A stretch of 64,000 nt of DNA. Origin: the human T2T-CHM13v2.0 reference genome, Homo sapiens. This document shows, in pieces, positions 1-13,330 of this stretch. Numbering within the stretch: the stretch's first letter is position 1; the number at the start of each line of letters is the position of its first letter. The stretch lies in NCBI RefSeq assembly GCF_009914755.1, contig NC_060940.1, one strand, 5' to 3'. The position numbers and the translations under genes were made by a program. Under the pieces are notes generated by a model. The model had not been told where the DNA came from, made no database searches, and worked only from the letters and a program-made list of their open reading frames with translations.

Positions 1-776
1 TTGTTAATCAGCTAATCTTAAAAGAAATAGATTATCCTGGATTGTAATAATAAACGTCCTTTACAATAGAAGAGGGAGTCTGAAGAGAGAACCAAAGAGA
101 TGATGGCATGTGATGGGCTCAGGCAGACACTGCTGGCTTTGAAGATGGAGGAAAGGAACCCCCAGCCGAGGAATGCAGGTGGCTTTTAAAGCTAGAAAAG
201 TTAAGGAAATTGATTCTTCACTAGATCCTCCAGAAACAAATGCAGCTCTGCAGACACTTTGATTTTAGCCTCTTTGTTTATGGTCTGAATGTATACCCCT
301 TAATTAGTGTATTAGAGACGGAAGCCCCAGTGCAACAGTGTTGGGAGGTGAAGTTCTTTGGGAGATATTTAGGTCATATGCCCTCATGAATAGATTAATG
401 CCATTATGAAGGAACTTGATGGGCGGAGTTCGGTCCCCTTATCATCCTTCCATTCCTTTCATTATGTGAGGGTACTGTGTTCCTTCCCTCCAGAGGATGC
501 AGCATCTTGGAAGTGGAGAAAAGCCCTCACCAGACAGCTGAACCTACTGGTGCCTTGATCTTGGACTTTCCCAGTCTCCAGAAGGATGAGAAAATAAATT
601 TGTGTTCTTTATAATTTAGCCAGTCTCAGGTAATCTGTTATAGCCGCACAAACAAACTAAGACAGAGTCTTTTTAAACTTGTGATCTGTAGAAACGTAGG
701 ACAATAAATTTGTGTTTTTTTAAGCCAGTAAGTTTGCAGTAATTGATGACAGCAGCAATACAAAACTAACATAACA
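1..776 (+). mobile_element. MLT1D/E-type MaLR LTR fragment, split by an MST-type LTR at 275-664
   Basis: Typical MLT1 tracts ctggctttgaagatggagg...ggaatgcaggtggc...gattttagcc; resumes after 664 with aataaatttgtgtt...taagccagtaagtttg...gcagcaata. Confidence 0.75.
275..664 (+). mobile_element. MSTC/MSTD-type MaLR solo LTR
   Basis: Starts tgtttatggtctgaatg, ends aaactaagaca; internal gccttgatcttggactttcccagtctccagaa and aataaa. Confidence 0.75.
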
Positions 777-2678
777 TTGTGGAAAAGGATGAAGAAATGG
801 TAATGATAAAAACCAAATGCAAATTGCTTGAAGACCCTCATAATGCCAGTGAGTACAAATTTGCTAAATATTACTATTTTTAAAACAGAATATCTTCTGC
901 AATGTTTAAATAAGTCGGTGAAGTAAAAACATTCTTGAGCGTCTTAAGTGAAGATCTAATTTCATACCCTTACAGGTCTTTTCTTTGTTACTTAATTACC
1001 TAATGGAAAATCTGTTCATAATCAACATTTTTGGAAGAAAGTTTATTTATGGGGGTTGAGATGAAGCATCTTCTATTTTTCTGAACATAATATGCTCAGA
1101 TACATTCTATTTTGCAAAGGCAGGGATGCCTCTCCCCTCCCAATAGATTTTAAAAAGCATTTATTAACCTAAGTAAAAGAGAAAAGTAAGCATGAAGTTA
1201 ATAAAGGTGGGTGTGGTTTTAATTCATTTTCATGGATTTTAATTAATTTTAACTTTCACATTTCATGGAAGCATCTCTTTTTTTGTATTTTTCATAAGAA
1301 AAGAATTCAAAAAAGAAAAAAGAAGAAGAAATAGCAGGTTTTTTCTACCGACCAATACAAATGAAGTAACAAGACGATATGCTAATAATTTAAAAAAATG
1401 CTGCCAGGGTCAGAATATTGCTAGTGGCTTGGTTATTTTCTGCATGCTTTTCATACAACCATCCAAGCTTATTTGGCAAAGCAGAAGTTTAGTTATTGCT
1501 GAAACTGTTTGCAAGACTCTAAGACTCATTCTTTAAGACATTTTTGGAATAATAGAGAATTTAGGTGAAAGAAAACAGTGTAATACATGCTTTCTCTTTG
1601 AGGTCTATTATAGTCACTTTTGCAGCCTCAGCCTAAATCTCACCACCTTGTTTTGGATCTATTTGAAAACAAAATGTTTCATTTTTATGAAGAGTTGTCA
1701 GTGAGAGGAAAACTTCACCTTCAATAAGATTATTCCTGGGCACAAGAACAATTTCTTCAAAATTGTTGGAATACACTTCAGAAGCTCTTCTTGTAGAATC
1801 TGCTTTAATTTATGTCCTATCACTGCTCATCAAAGCTTTTGTGTCCACCTCTCTTTTGTCTCCAGATGATGAGTTGAGTTGGCACCACATAGACAATTCA
1901 GCGAGGTATTCTGAACTGTCGTTGTTTTGGAAGTTTTATTGTTCTAAAGACTGTGGAAGAAAGATACTGTAAAAGATGTTAGGTCAGAGACTTAAAGGTT
2001 TTTTTTCTACACTTAATTCTACTGTATAGTTTCTCTACCTTATAGTATTAATGATTTTATGTGGAGTCATTTTCTTCGAACAGGTTCACAGGTAGGGTGC
2101 AGGATATTTCGTTTCCATCAGCTTGGAAGTGCCTGTGGGTAGCTATATGTTTGAGAAAGCTTTTGTGACTTCCTGAATTTTGTATATTCTTTTTCCCACA
2201 TTTTTGTTTCATTTTCATCCAGACACAATTTTTAAAAATTAATGTTTGTTTATGACAATTCTTTTTGTGGAAAGAAGCCTTATGGGCCCACGAGACTTCC
2301 AATAGAAACAAAGAAACTAATACATAATACTTTTATTATTAACACTTCACAAGATCCCTTTGCCTAATTTCATTTGGTATTAAATGATTTTTAATTACAG
2401 AATATGATTGCAAAGTTATGGTTTTAATTTTCTTTATTCATCAAATAAAGCAAAGGTATGTCTTCACATACTGTGAATCAATTTTTGGAAATTCGCAATA
2501 TTCCAAATATTCTTTGAAAATTTTCAACTATTTTATTTCCTTCTTCTATGACATGGATTATGTACTTGGCAGTGTGTCTCATATACATGCTTATGAGTGT
2601 TCTCATTTTAGCTACCTTTGAAATACTTTATTCCCAACAGTTAGATTTTTTTTTGCTCTTCATTTTTTTCTGCTTTAT

Positions 2679-2951
2679 AAAACTAAAAATAGAACTACCA
2701 TATTATCCAGCTATCCCACTTCTTGGTATATATACAAAAGAATTGAAATCAGGACCTTGAAGAGATATCTGCACTCCCATGTTAATTGCAGTGTTATTCA
2801 CAAAAGCCAAGACATAGAAACAACCCAAATGTCCATCAGCAGATGAATGAATAAAGAAAATGTGATATATATATATACAATGGAATATTATTCAGCCTTA
2901 AAAAATGAAATCCTACCATTTGTAACATCATGGATGAACCTAGAGAACAAG
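2679..2951 (+). mobile_element. L1MA-type fragment (end of ORF2), truncated against ERV gag
   Basis: aaactaaaaatagaactaccatattatccagc...catggatgaacctagagaaca; ORF 2548-2760 ends in the L1-like peptide [17 protein letters not shown]. Confidence 0.85.
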
Positions 2952-3600
2952 TCAAAGTTTGGAACCCATCTGCAAATATCTTGGGGTTCTCAAAATAGCT
3001 TCCTAGCTTTTCTTTACATTGTTGTATGTCAGTTATAGAGAAGGGGGCCTGCATTCAGACTGGCCGCTCAGCTCCTGCTACTTCCTTAAAGGCTGGAGGG
3101 AGACTTGAATAGGTTGTTCCCCTATGAGTATGAAGGGACTTAGCAAGGTCCCTAGTGTTTGCCCTTGGGTTTTAGTCTCACGAGCACTTGGCAAGCAGCT
3201 ATATGGGGGTGGTTGCAATTCCCCCTGAGAGACAGGTGGCCCTTGTAAAAGGGGGTCACCTCCAATATCTAGTTCTGCCTTAGGACTTTCCTTTGTGGGG
3301 CAGGTTCTGGGAGTTTTGCAGATTGTTGGATTTTGGTATAGGACTATGAAGGCCTGTACATTTGGGATTTCTGACCATTTACCCTGACTTTTGCAAAATA
3401 GATGTAACTGCAGGATGATATCATAATTAAGGCTACCATTGACCACCTATTGTTCCTGGCTTCCTATCTGGTAATGCGGCCAAACAGCATTACAATAAAA
3501 AGTCAGATGTTTTTTCCTTAGATTATCAGGGTCAAACTGATTCCAATGGTTGAGAATGTAGCCTAGCGGAGAATCAGGTAGAATGGATGGAGAGTTTCCC
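2952..3600 (-). pseudogene. gag: Decayed gammaretroviral-like gag (MA to start of CA)
   Basis: Manual translation GNSPSILPDSPLGYILNHWNQFDPDNLRKKHLTFYCNAVWPHYQIGSQEQ*VVNGSLNYDIILQLHLFCKSQGKWSEIP matches class I HERV matrix; ORF 2836-3054 QAPFSITDIQQCKEKLGSYFENP matches CA start; no ATG, in-frame stop, frameshift. Confidence 0.85.
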
Positions 3601-4914
3601 CCAGTGGTCTAGAAAAGAAAAAAAGACTTTGAAAAGCGTAGGGTTTATTAGGTGACCCAAATCGATGCCTGGGACATCCCACTAGAAAAACTCTGGGCCC
3701 TGGTTGGGGTCCCCAGGGGTGTCCCCCTTTTTAGGGCCCCATCTTAGTGTGTCAGACATCTCTGACGTTAGATGGGTGCCAGGACCACTTTGGAATGCTT
3801 CTCTCCACCACTGATGACCTACTGTGAGCTTTCTTTCTTGACCCTGGATGAAGGTCTTGACTTCTAGCATTATCATTTTGATAAGGACACATTTTCTTTC
3901 TAACTTTAGCCAATATGTTTACACACAGAATCCCTTCCACAATTAATTTTCACAAACCTGCAACTTTTTCAAACGTTTGGATTTTTCCTATCCCACTTAA
4001 TTCTTAAACCCTTTAATCTTAGGCAAGAAATCCACATTAAATTGTACAGAATTTAAAAAATATATTCCCTTCATGAATCTTTTTCATGACTTACACAGAC
4101 CATCTACGATATGTTTGGGCTTTATGATGTGTCCTAAACATCCCTTTTTTTAAACAACTGGTCATTTTACTTTAGGACAAAAATTCATCATACAGGATTC
4201 TTTCTTATATAAAAATCTCTTTTCTCTATAACCTTCTCTGCATAGCTAGGGGGTTAGGTGGGTTTCTCTTGTCCTTAGCCAATCAAATAGATTGAGCAGG
4301 AGAAGGGAGTTCAAAACTCCTAAGAGACATTATCTTTTGTTATTACAGGCTAACTCCAAATAATAATTTAGCATAAGAAAAAAGGATTTAAGTTACCTGA
4401 TATGTGTGTGAGTTTGCCCTGGATGAGCTGCCGCTGCCAATTGTATCACATGTAGGGATAAGGGACTATAACTATGAAAGATAGAAGAGTCCTTCCCTGT
4501 TCTGGGCAGGTCAGCTACCCCATTCACTCCATGGCCTTCAGGTAACACTGGAGAGTGGCCCTGGCCTGTTGCCCTCAATTACTAAGGAGCTACTAGAAAA
4601 TGGCCACTGAAAGACTAAAAAAGAAAAAAAAAGGAGAAGGCCTCAGATCCCTCACCTGAACCAGGCAGTGGTGGTCAGGTACTTCCACACAGAAATCTTT
4701 CAGTTTCTCAGGAGAGTGGCTCTGGGGAGAAACCTGCAGTTGCCTCCATGTTTAGGTGCTGTCCACCAAGGGTCCTGAAAAGACCCTTGGTCTTTTTTCC
4801 TTGGAAAGGAAAAAAGAGACAGAAAGAGAAAGAAAAGTGTTCCCCTGTATGGAGCAGAGAAAAAAAAGGAAAAACAAAAAGAGAAGAAAAATAAATCACA
4901 AACTTCAGGCTTAC

Positions 4915-4932
4915 CTCCTGGCTGGCTCACCA
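4915..4932 (-). promoter_or_regulatory. Primer-binding site, tRNA-Arg(ACG) type
   Basis: Minus strand TGGTGAGCCAGCCAGGAG, 5 nt after the LTR end; one mismatch to the complement of the tRNA-Arg(ACG) 3' end (TGGCGAGCCAGCCAGGAG). Confidence 0.85.
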
Positions 4933-4937
4933 AAATA

Positions 4938-5893
4938 TGCTACCGGTGGAGGGTCTTGACTACATGTCATCCACTTTCTTGACATTTTGAACAAAGAATT
5001 GGAGAAATTACACAAAGCAATGAGAGAATGAAGCAACGAAAACTTAGATTTTTTTGAAATAAAAGTACACTCCATAGAGTGCAGCAGGTTTGAGCAAGTG
5101 GTTCAAGAGCACTGGTTACAGAATTTTCTGGGGTTTAAATACCCTCTAGAGGTTTCTCATTGGTTACTTGGTTTACCCCCTGTGCAAATGAAGAATTGGC
5201 CAATGGCCATTCTGATTGGTTGCTGGAGGGGACCAATCAGAGGGCCGAAGTAAAGTTACAAAGTGACATCCCTATGCAAATGAAGACTAGGCCCGTGACC
5301 AGTCTGATTGGTTGCAGGAGGGGACCAGTCAGAGGTAGTTTCCATTTCTCACCTGTGAGGCAGAAAGGGGAGAGGTTTGCAGAGGGGGTAGCCTCTGATC
5401 CTTTTGTTACTTGGGCATGGAATTTTGGGGTTTTCCTGCTGATTTAGTCTAGGAGGTCAGTGTGAAATTTGCCTTAGCTTTCCTGCCTCCAGAGCTGTAC
5501 TAGTCTGTTCTCACACTGCCATGAAGAAGTACCTGAGACTGAGTAATTTATAAAGGAAAGAGGTTTAATTGACTCACAGTTCTTCAGGGCAAGGGAGGCA
5601 TCAGAAAACTTACAATCATGGTGGAAGGGGAAGCAAACACATCCTTTTTCACATGGCAGAGGAAGGAGAAGAATGAGAATTGAGCGAAGGGGGAAGCCCC
5701 TCATAAAACCATCAGATCTCATGAGAACTTACTCAATATCATGAGAATAGCATGGGGGAAATTGCCCCCATGATTAAATTGCCTCCCACTAGGTTCCTCA
5801 CACAACATGTGGGGATTATGGGAACTACAATTCAAGATAAGATTTGGGTGAGGACACAGCCAAACCATTTCAAGAGTCCATTCTCCTGCCTCA
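4938..5893 (-). mobile_element. MER51-family 5' LTR, interrupted by THE1
   Basis: Minus strand begins tgaggcaggagaa..., continues tctggaggcaggaaagctaaggc; tandem octamer/CCAAT units; ends ...ggtagca before the PBS. Confidence 0.85.
5496..5872 (-). mobile_element. THE1C/D solo LTR inserted in the MER51 LTR
   Basis: tgtactagtctgttctcacactgc...gacacagccaaaccatttca; 5-bp TSD agagc/agagt. Confidence 0.9.
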
Positions 5894-6011
5894 AACCCAT
5901 TTTTAAGGGCTCCACTCTCATGACCTAATTACCTCCCAAAGATCTCACCTGCTAATGCCATCACTTTGGTGATTAGGATTCCGCATATGGATTTTGTTTC
6001 AGACCATAGCA
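5894..6011 (-). mobile_element. MLT1A-type LTR fragment
   Basis: ctcatgacctaattacctcccaaag...ttcagaccatagca. Confidence 0.65.
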
Positions 6012-7129
6012 GGTGGGATAATGCATTTTATATATTTACATTACTTTCATTTGTTTACTTTCCTCTGATGTTATTTTTAAAAAAGCAATGTGCAGTTATT
6101 ACTTTCTTGCAGTTACAACTTATTTCTATTTTTTAAAATCAGGTACGATGCACAAATTTAGCAATTTACCTTGTATAGCATTTTGCTTTCCTTTCATAGA
6201 TTCTCATATATAATCCTAAACCCTGCCATAGTTATTGCCATGGTCTTTAACAAACCTATTCTGTTTTCAAAGGAATATTTTTCTTTTGAGAAGCATTTAT
6301 TCCTCTTAATATTTAACATAAAACAATAGATTTTCAAGTTTTCTACTGACTTACTGTCGTTGTTTGCCTTATTAAAACTGGAATCAATTCTAGAGTGGTA
6401 ATTCCTAGGCCTACTTCTAATGGCAGCTGTGAGAATTATTTTCTAAGCTATTGAGCCTGAAATTAATGCCTTGTCAGCAAAATTATATACTTTATCAGTA
6501 GGAGGCATACATCCTATGGTCATGTTTTCCAAATTAAATATTACAGGCAATCAAATAACTTTATCCTTACTTCTGTAAGTCATGAGATGGATATTTTTGA
6601 AAATTGAAAGTCTCAGATAATCTTTTACAAATTAAAATTAATATACTGGCATAAAACTTATATGATCCATTAAAAGAAGTTTTTAAAATATCTTAGTGGA
6701 ATCCAAAATAATTTAGAAAAACCAATTTATTTGACAAATAAGAGAACTTAGCTTCAGAGATGTAGCCTATCCAGGGTCTCATGACAATTACTGGCATTCA
6801 ACAAATGATTATTGTGTGCCAGGTATTATGCTAGATGCCAGGAATTTTTATTGTTTCTATTTAATTTTAAATTATTTCCAATGCCTTCAGAGCTTTGAAC
6901 TTAGAAAGTATAAATTTTACACTGCAAATGATCTCTGTATTATCTGAAAACCTGTTATTGAATTTTAAAACACAGTAATTTTTCACATTCTGTTTGATAC
7001 CATTTATATACTGCTGTTTAGTAGTTTCTTGGATTTATAAAGTGCCTCTCATTTGAAACATGTAACATTTTATTTTCAATTACATAAAATGAAAGGAATG
7101 CATTTCTATTAAATCAAAAAAAAACAATA

Positions 7130-7640
7130 TGGGAAAATATAGAATAAAGAATTCTCATACACATGCGTAGATGCACATGCGTTCCTGCTTACTTCCCTGG
7201 GGTAACCTCTACCACTATGAACTGTTGTGTACACCCTTCCTGACATCTTTTCTGTGCATTTAAACTTGCACATGAATACATAAACAATATCATATTTATT
7301 TTACACAACTGTATTAATATACATATTTTACCACATAATTTTGCTTTTCTTAAATCTCATAGATTTTTCAATGTCAGGCACCTGAGCTTATTTTTCTTAA
7401 TAATTGCATAGAATTTCACAGAATGGTTGAATAATAACATATCAATTTGCTCCCCAATTAATGGATATTTCAAGTGCCTCCAATGATTCACTGTGTTGAA
7501 CATATGTACTGTTCCTTCTTATACCTATCTTTGTACAATTTGTGGATTTTTGTGTCAATAAATAGAAATAAAATCAAGAGGCCAAAGAGACCACATTTTC
7601 AGTCCTGGGTTTTAAGTTACTGCTAATTTGCCCTTAAGTG
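7130..7640 (-). mobile_element. Old L1M 3' fragment
   Basis: Degenerate L1 3' motifs (taattgcatagaatttc...atggatatttc). Confidence 0.5.
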
Positions 7641-7809
7641 CTACACCAGGTTATGACAGAACACTTTTTTCTACTGCAAAACATCAACTTGATTGTCCCA
7701 TGGCTTGTAGAAGAAGGTGATAGAACAAAATCCTCCCCTGTAATTTAGCTTTGCTGGTTGGATTATGTGTGTAGAGAGACTGGAGCAAGTTCTTATTATA
7801 AAATGCAAA

Positions 7810-7975
7810 CATTTTATAATGCAAATATTATATATATATAATATATATAATTTATATATATATTATATAAATTATATATAATATAATATATAATTATATG
7901 TAATATATATATTTCCTTATAATTTATATGCAAATATTAAATATAAATGCATAAAAATGCAAATATTATAAACTA
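7810..7975. repeat. AT-rich low-complexity / degenerate (TA)n
   Basis: tatatatataatatatataatttatatata... Confidence 0.9.
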
Positions 7976-10164
7976 CAAACATTCAGTTCTAAGAAATACT
8001 ATAGTATCATCAAACATTTAATATATGTGGCACATCCATAGAATGGTTTTTCAGGGAGAGAGGAGATGGTAGTAATAAATTAGAAAAACAGCATTGCCAG
8101 AAATGATAAGTAAGGTAGCCTTATTAATTTTTTTTCTAAACCTATTCATTTGAATGCCTAGACAGAAGAAGGACCCAAAGAGACAGACTGTCTATATAAT
8201 AGAATATATTACCAGCTGAAATCATTTTTGAAAAAAAAAGGCTAGCGATTCATCCATTTGATGAAATTCCTAGGACATTTTAATAGTCAACATGTAAAGT
8301 TTATTTTTATCACGTAAGACTTTTGTAGGTGCTTTTTTTGAAGCTGCCATCATATATGGTTAACAACACTGTCTTCAGTGTCAATTTTGAACTCAAAGAA
8401 TAATGAAGTGATTTTCTTCCTTGATTTTGGGGTGGAAATATGTATGTACACATACATAAACACAACAAATGCACATCCATAACTCTATTACAAATTTCTA
8501 TTTACAACAGTTTCAGTTTTATGGGTAAGTATTGAGTTTTTTAAATTTTTCTTTTCTCATTTTGTCCTCCCGTTCCCTGCCGAGAGAGAGCTCACACAGC
8601 AGATGTACCAAAATCATTCTACAAACCTGTCATTTAACCCATATTGTTTTCATAAATTTGCTACCTCCCTCGGTGAAAACATATGATTTTCTTCTTCAGT
8701 TCACCTGAAAATTGCTTCTTCAAGCCTTCATTTGGAACAGTATAGATTTGGGTGTTGTCAGCAGTGCAGGGAGGTATTTGAATAAAGTCACACTCCCCAG
8801 ATGTAGGGCAATGTCATCAATCACAGGTGTGTCAGGGATTTATCTGGGGGCCTCACAAATATTTGGCTCCAAAATGAGCTAAGTCTCTCACTTAGGAACA
8901 TGGTCCACAGCTGCACTTGATAGAGTCTTTCTATCAATTTTCAGATGACTGGAGCATGGATTTTCCCAGATGAAGTTTGTACATGTGGATGTGTTCATTG
9001 AATATAAAGCTTTTTCTCCAAAAGCATTAAGAGTGTCAGTAAGAGAGAATTTCATACAGAGCCACATTTATAGGCAACAAAAGTTCATGTTAAGTAGAAT
9101 ATAGAAGTAATTTTTATTTTTCACAATATTAAGCATTTGAAAAGAGACTGAAGGAAAGTTCCAAATATTTTGAACAATATTTCCAGGGCAGATATTTGTC
9201 CTGAACAGAAATATTTCAAATATAAAGAAAAGCAACACTTTCTCAAATACTCTTTTAAAAATTATAACATAATAATCTTAAACGTGAGAAAAATGGGAAA
9301 TACAGAAAAAAATTTCAGTAATATCAGCAATGAAACTATTCATATTTATTAGTTTGTTTCCTTCCAGTGTCATTTACATCTATATAAGATTTCGTTTGCG
9401 TATTATCTAATAATAATACTGAGCACTCAGCTAAATTGTACATTCCAGTTATTTTCTCATTCAGTTCTAGTAAAAACAAATCTATAATATATGTGTTATT
9501 ACATTCATTTCAAAGATATAAAAATTGAAGCCGAGAGAAATAAATTTTCCAGGACACAAATTTAGTAGGTTTGGCCCTTTGCCTATGCACAGTTTTGCAG
9601 CATTGCCTCTTTTAATCTCCACTTTGAAATTAACATCATCACATTACGTTCACTGTCCATGTTGCTGTGTTGTCTTTATAACAGTAATTTCTAATGGCTA
9701 TATCACGTCCATTAAGTGGAGGCGCCATAAAAATTGAATTATTCTGGAATAGAAAATTATAATTACGTTTTAAAAATTCAGCAGAGTACTTAGTTAAATA
9801 TATTTGAGCACATAATCTTCTTCATATTTCAGATTATTTTCTTAGGATATATGTCTATGATTAAAATTTATGCCAAAAAAGGAGAAAAATGGACTTTTCC
9901 AGCACCCTCGATGTGCAGTAGCAAACGGTTTTCCAAAAAGATTATATATCTCTAAAATTTACCATTCTTGAGAATAGTAGCTTTCCACACCTTTACCAAC
10001 ATCAAAATAATAATTTTAGCTTTTACAAAATATTTGAAATAGAAATACTGAAATAATTCAAACATTGTAGTAATGAATAAACTAATGTGATGAAAAAAGT
10101 GATGTAGTTAACATTACTAGCTTCCTGTGTTTGCTTCTAATATATTTTATATGGCCTATCATCC

Positions 10165-10213
<49 letters not shown>

Positions 10214-10222
10214 ATCTATCTA
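10165..10222 (+). repeat. (TCTA)n tetranucleotide microsatellite
   Basis: About 12 perfect atct units followed by degenerate units. Confidence 0.95.
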
Positions 10223-11239
10223 CTTATGTGTGTATATATGTATGTATCTATCTATCTGAAATAGTGTGACATGCATTATTCTTATTTAGTTATCTAGTTG
10301 GTTATGTAAATAATGGATCTCACAGTAATTTAAAGCATGAATAGATACATCAGACAACCTCAGACACAGTCTATTTCTATGCTCGCATCTTTGCCCCCAT
10401 GGTAGATTGCTTTTGATTGTTACTTGCTGCACACTAGCTAGGTTTGGGACGAAAGGGGATTCTTTGTTGTCCAGGTCCAGGCTTTAGTTTTATACACATT
10501 TTGTGTCCCTGGTTCTCAGGGGTTGGGTTTTCTCAACGATCTTGCCACCACCCCTCACTGTGTGAGAAGGCATCTCATGGCCTGAGTGCAGGATGAGTTC
10601 CTGCTCCTTCTTCAAGGAAATGAAATTATTTTTCTTTTCCCTTTCTCTGGTTTCCCAACCACAGTGGATCTTGTTTTCTGTCCTGTGGTTTAGGGTTCAT
10701 CACCCTTTACCAACTGGCCTATGCTTTTCATTACCTGGGAAGAGGGCCCCAGGTGGTACTTAGTGTCTTTCTCCAGGGCTTGCTGTGGCCCTCCTCCTGG
10801 CCTACAACACCGAGGGGACCCTTCTGCAGCCTTCTTCCTGCCTCCACTGTGTCCTGTGTGCCTGGTGAAGTCTGTGGAGAAGAGCCTGTAAGTGCATGCA
10901 AAGTCCCCTGCGTCTGTGACTTCCAGAGTTTCTATTCTTTTACACTAGCTCACACTGAACCTTTTGCAATTCATTAAAAATTTAGCCAGATGAATTCTTT
11001 TTATCCTTTCCTGTGAAGATCTCATCTTCCTCCTGCTGCAGGTATCAAGTCAGTGCTCGAGCTCTGTCTTTCCTTTGATATCAGAGTAGTTGGTTGTCCT
11101 ATTACCTTGGCTTTTTGATGTGTTCAAGAAACATTATACTTTGGTAGATTATCTTGCTTTTTCTTGTCATTAGGGCAGGAGTGATACTTTTACCAGCTTT
11201 CTGCAACTTACATAGAAGCTGGAAGCCCACCTACATTCA

Positions 11240-11490
11240 TGAAAAAATTTTTTCGCAGGATATAGAATTCTGGGAGAATAGGTTTTTGTTGTTGTTTGCT
11301 TTGCTTTGTTTCAGCATTTTAAAGATGTCATGTGTTCTCTGTTCTCAGTGGTTCCTGATGAGAAGTTAGTGACAATAAAATTACTGTTTCCTATATGTAA
11401 AAATCTTTATTTCTGTTTGCATTTTTACTGCTTTTAATATTTTCTCTTTGGTTTTTATTTTTCAACCATTTCACTATAATGTTTTTGGAT
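11240..11490 (-). mobile_element. Old L1M ORF1-region fragment
   Basis: ggatatagaattctggg...cagcattttaaagatgtca...ctgatgagaagt. Confidence 0.55.
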
Positions 11491-11761
11491 CTATGCTCTT
11501 CCCTTCTTCCAAATGAGTCTGCTCCAAAAGCTGCTCAGTTTTTTCTCCAGTCTTCTCCCTTTATTAAGTTTGTGTTTTGATAATTTCTCCAGAGTTTATA
11601 AATGCTGTCTATCATATACTCAGTTTGGTAGGAGCTCTCACAACCATATTAGAAGTGGATGTTAACAATTTGCTTTTGCTTCAGTCTTCATTTTGGGGTC
11701 ATGGTTGTCTATGTATGTGGGGAGTCTAATATGATATAACTTTAGTTTCCTACTTAGTCCT

Positions 11762-12412
<651 letters not shown>

Positions 12413-12729
12413 GTCCTGCTGTATTCTGGGCCCTCAGATTTTAGTCCATTAGGTTTCCAAAACTAGCCAGGCAGGCGTTGGCCTGGTGGCCACAGATTTC
12501 TTTATGATTCATGGACTTTAGTAACTTCACCTGCACCCTATTACATTCTCTCCAGATATGACCCCAATATTGGCTAATTTTAAAAGTTCCTCCAGGTCAT
12601 TCAAAAACTTGATCAATTTTGAAAACCATTTAAACAAGTTCTTATTCCATGATGTCACTCAGTAGCAAAAACACTTCATGGCAAATTGAGTTTTAAAGGT
12701 TGTGGAAGAGTTAGAATTGCAAAAAATGG

Positions 12730-13330
12730 GAAAAAACCTATTTTGGATGAGGGAAATAATATAATTAAAGAAACAGGCAGAAAAGTGAGGTGCTGTCATT
12801 CCTGCTGCATTACTGGAATACAGCATGATTGTTGGAAATTAGTTCAGGGATAGATTTGGAATGGCCTTGCAGGTTAAGCTAAGGATACCAAGGTTCATTC
12901 TCTAGACAGCAGAAACCAATTAAGGTTTTTGACATAAAAAATAACATGAGTAGTGCTGTCCACTTAGTATAAAAAGACTAATAGTTTGCAAAGCCTTGAC
13001 TGACTTCAGGAGACTAGAAGTGAAAAGACTATTTGCTGCATCCTAGGAGAGGGTAATTGTAGCCTTAAATGAGAGGTTGGTCACTGGAATGTAAAGATTG
13101 TGGTAGATGTGAAAGCCAATAAGGCAGAAGGATCAATAGAGGAGAGACAGCAGTGTCAAAGGTAGCACTGGGGGTTTCAATGCAAATGATCAGGCGACCT
13201 GGCTGCCATTTGTAGCAACCAGAAACAGTGAAGAATATGCAGCTCTGGATAAATGATAACATTTGATTGACATTGAAATTATTTTAAGGGCTGATGGTAC
13301 TTCCAATTGGTGATAAGGCAAACTAGTCTA
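12730..13330 (-). mobile_element. L2 fragment
   Basis: Purine-rich degenerate L2 tracts (ggcctt...aaggtttttga, gacagcagtgtcaaaggtagcac). Confidence 0.55.

Larger units (their letters stand above)
2952..4937 (-). mobile_element. Class I ERV internal region (MER51-int/MER4-group type): leader plus 5' gag, truncated downstream
   Basis: Follows the MER51 LTR and PBS on the minus strand; contains gag-derived ORFs. Confidence 0.85.

Noticed and set aside
1866-1905. 40-nt + strand exon candidate (tctccag|...gag|gtattc)
   Set aside because: Good acceptor but weak donor; not frame-preserving; no other support.
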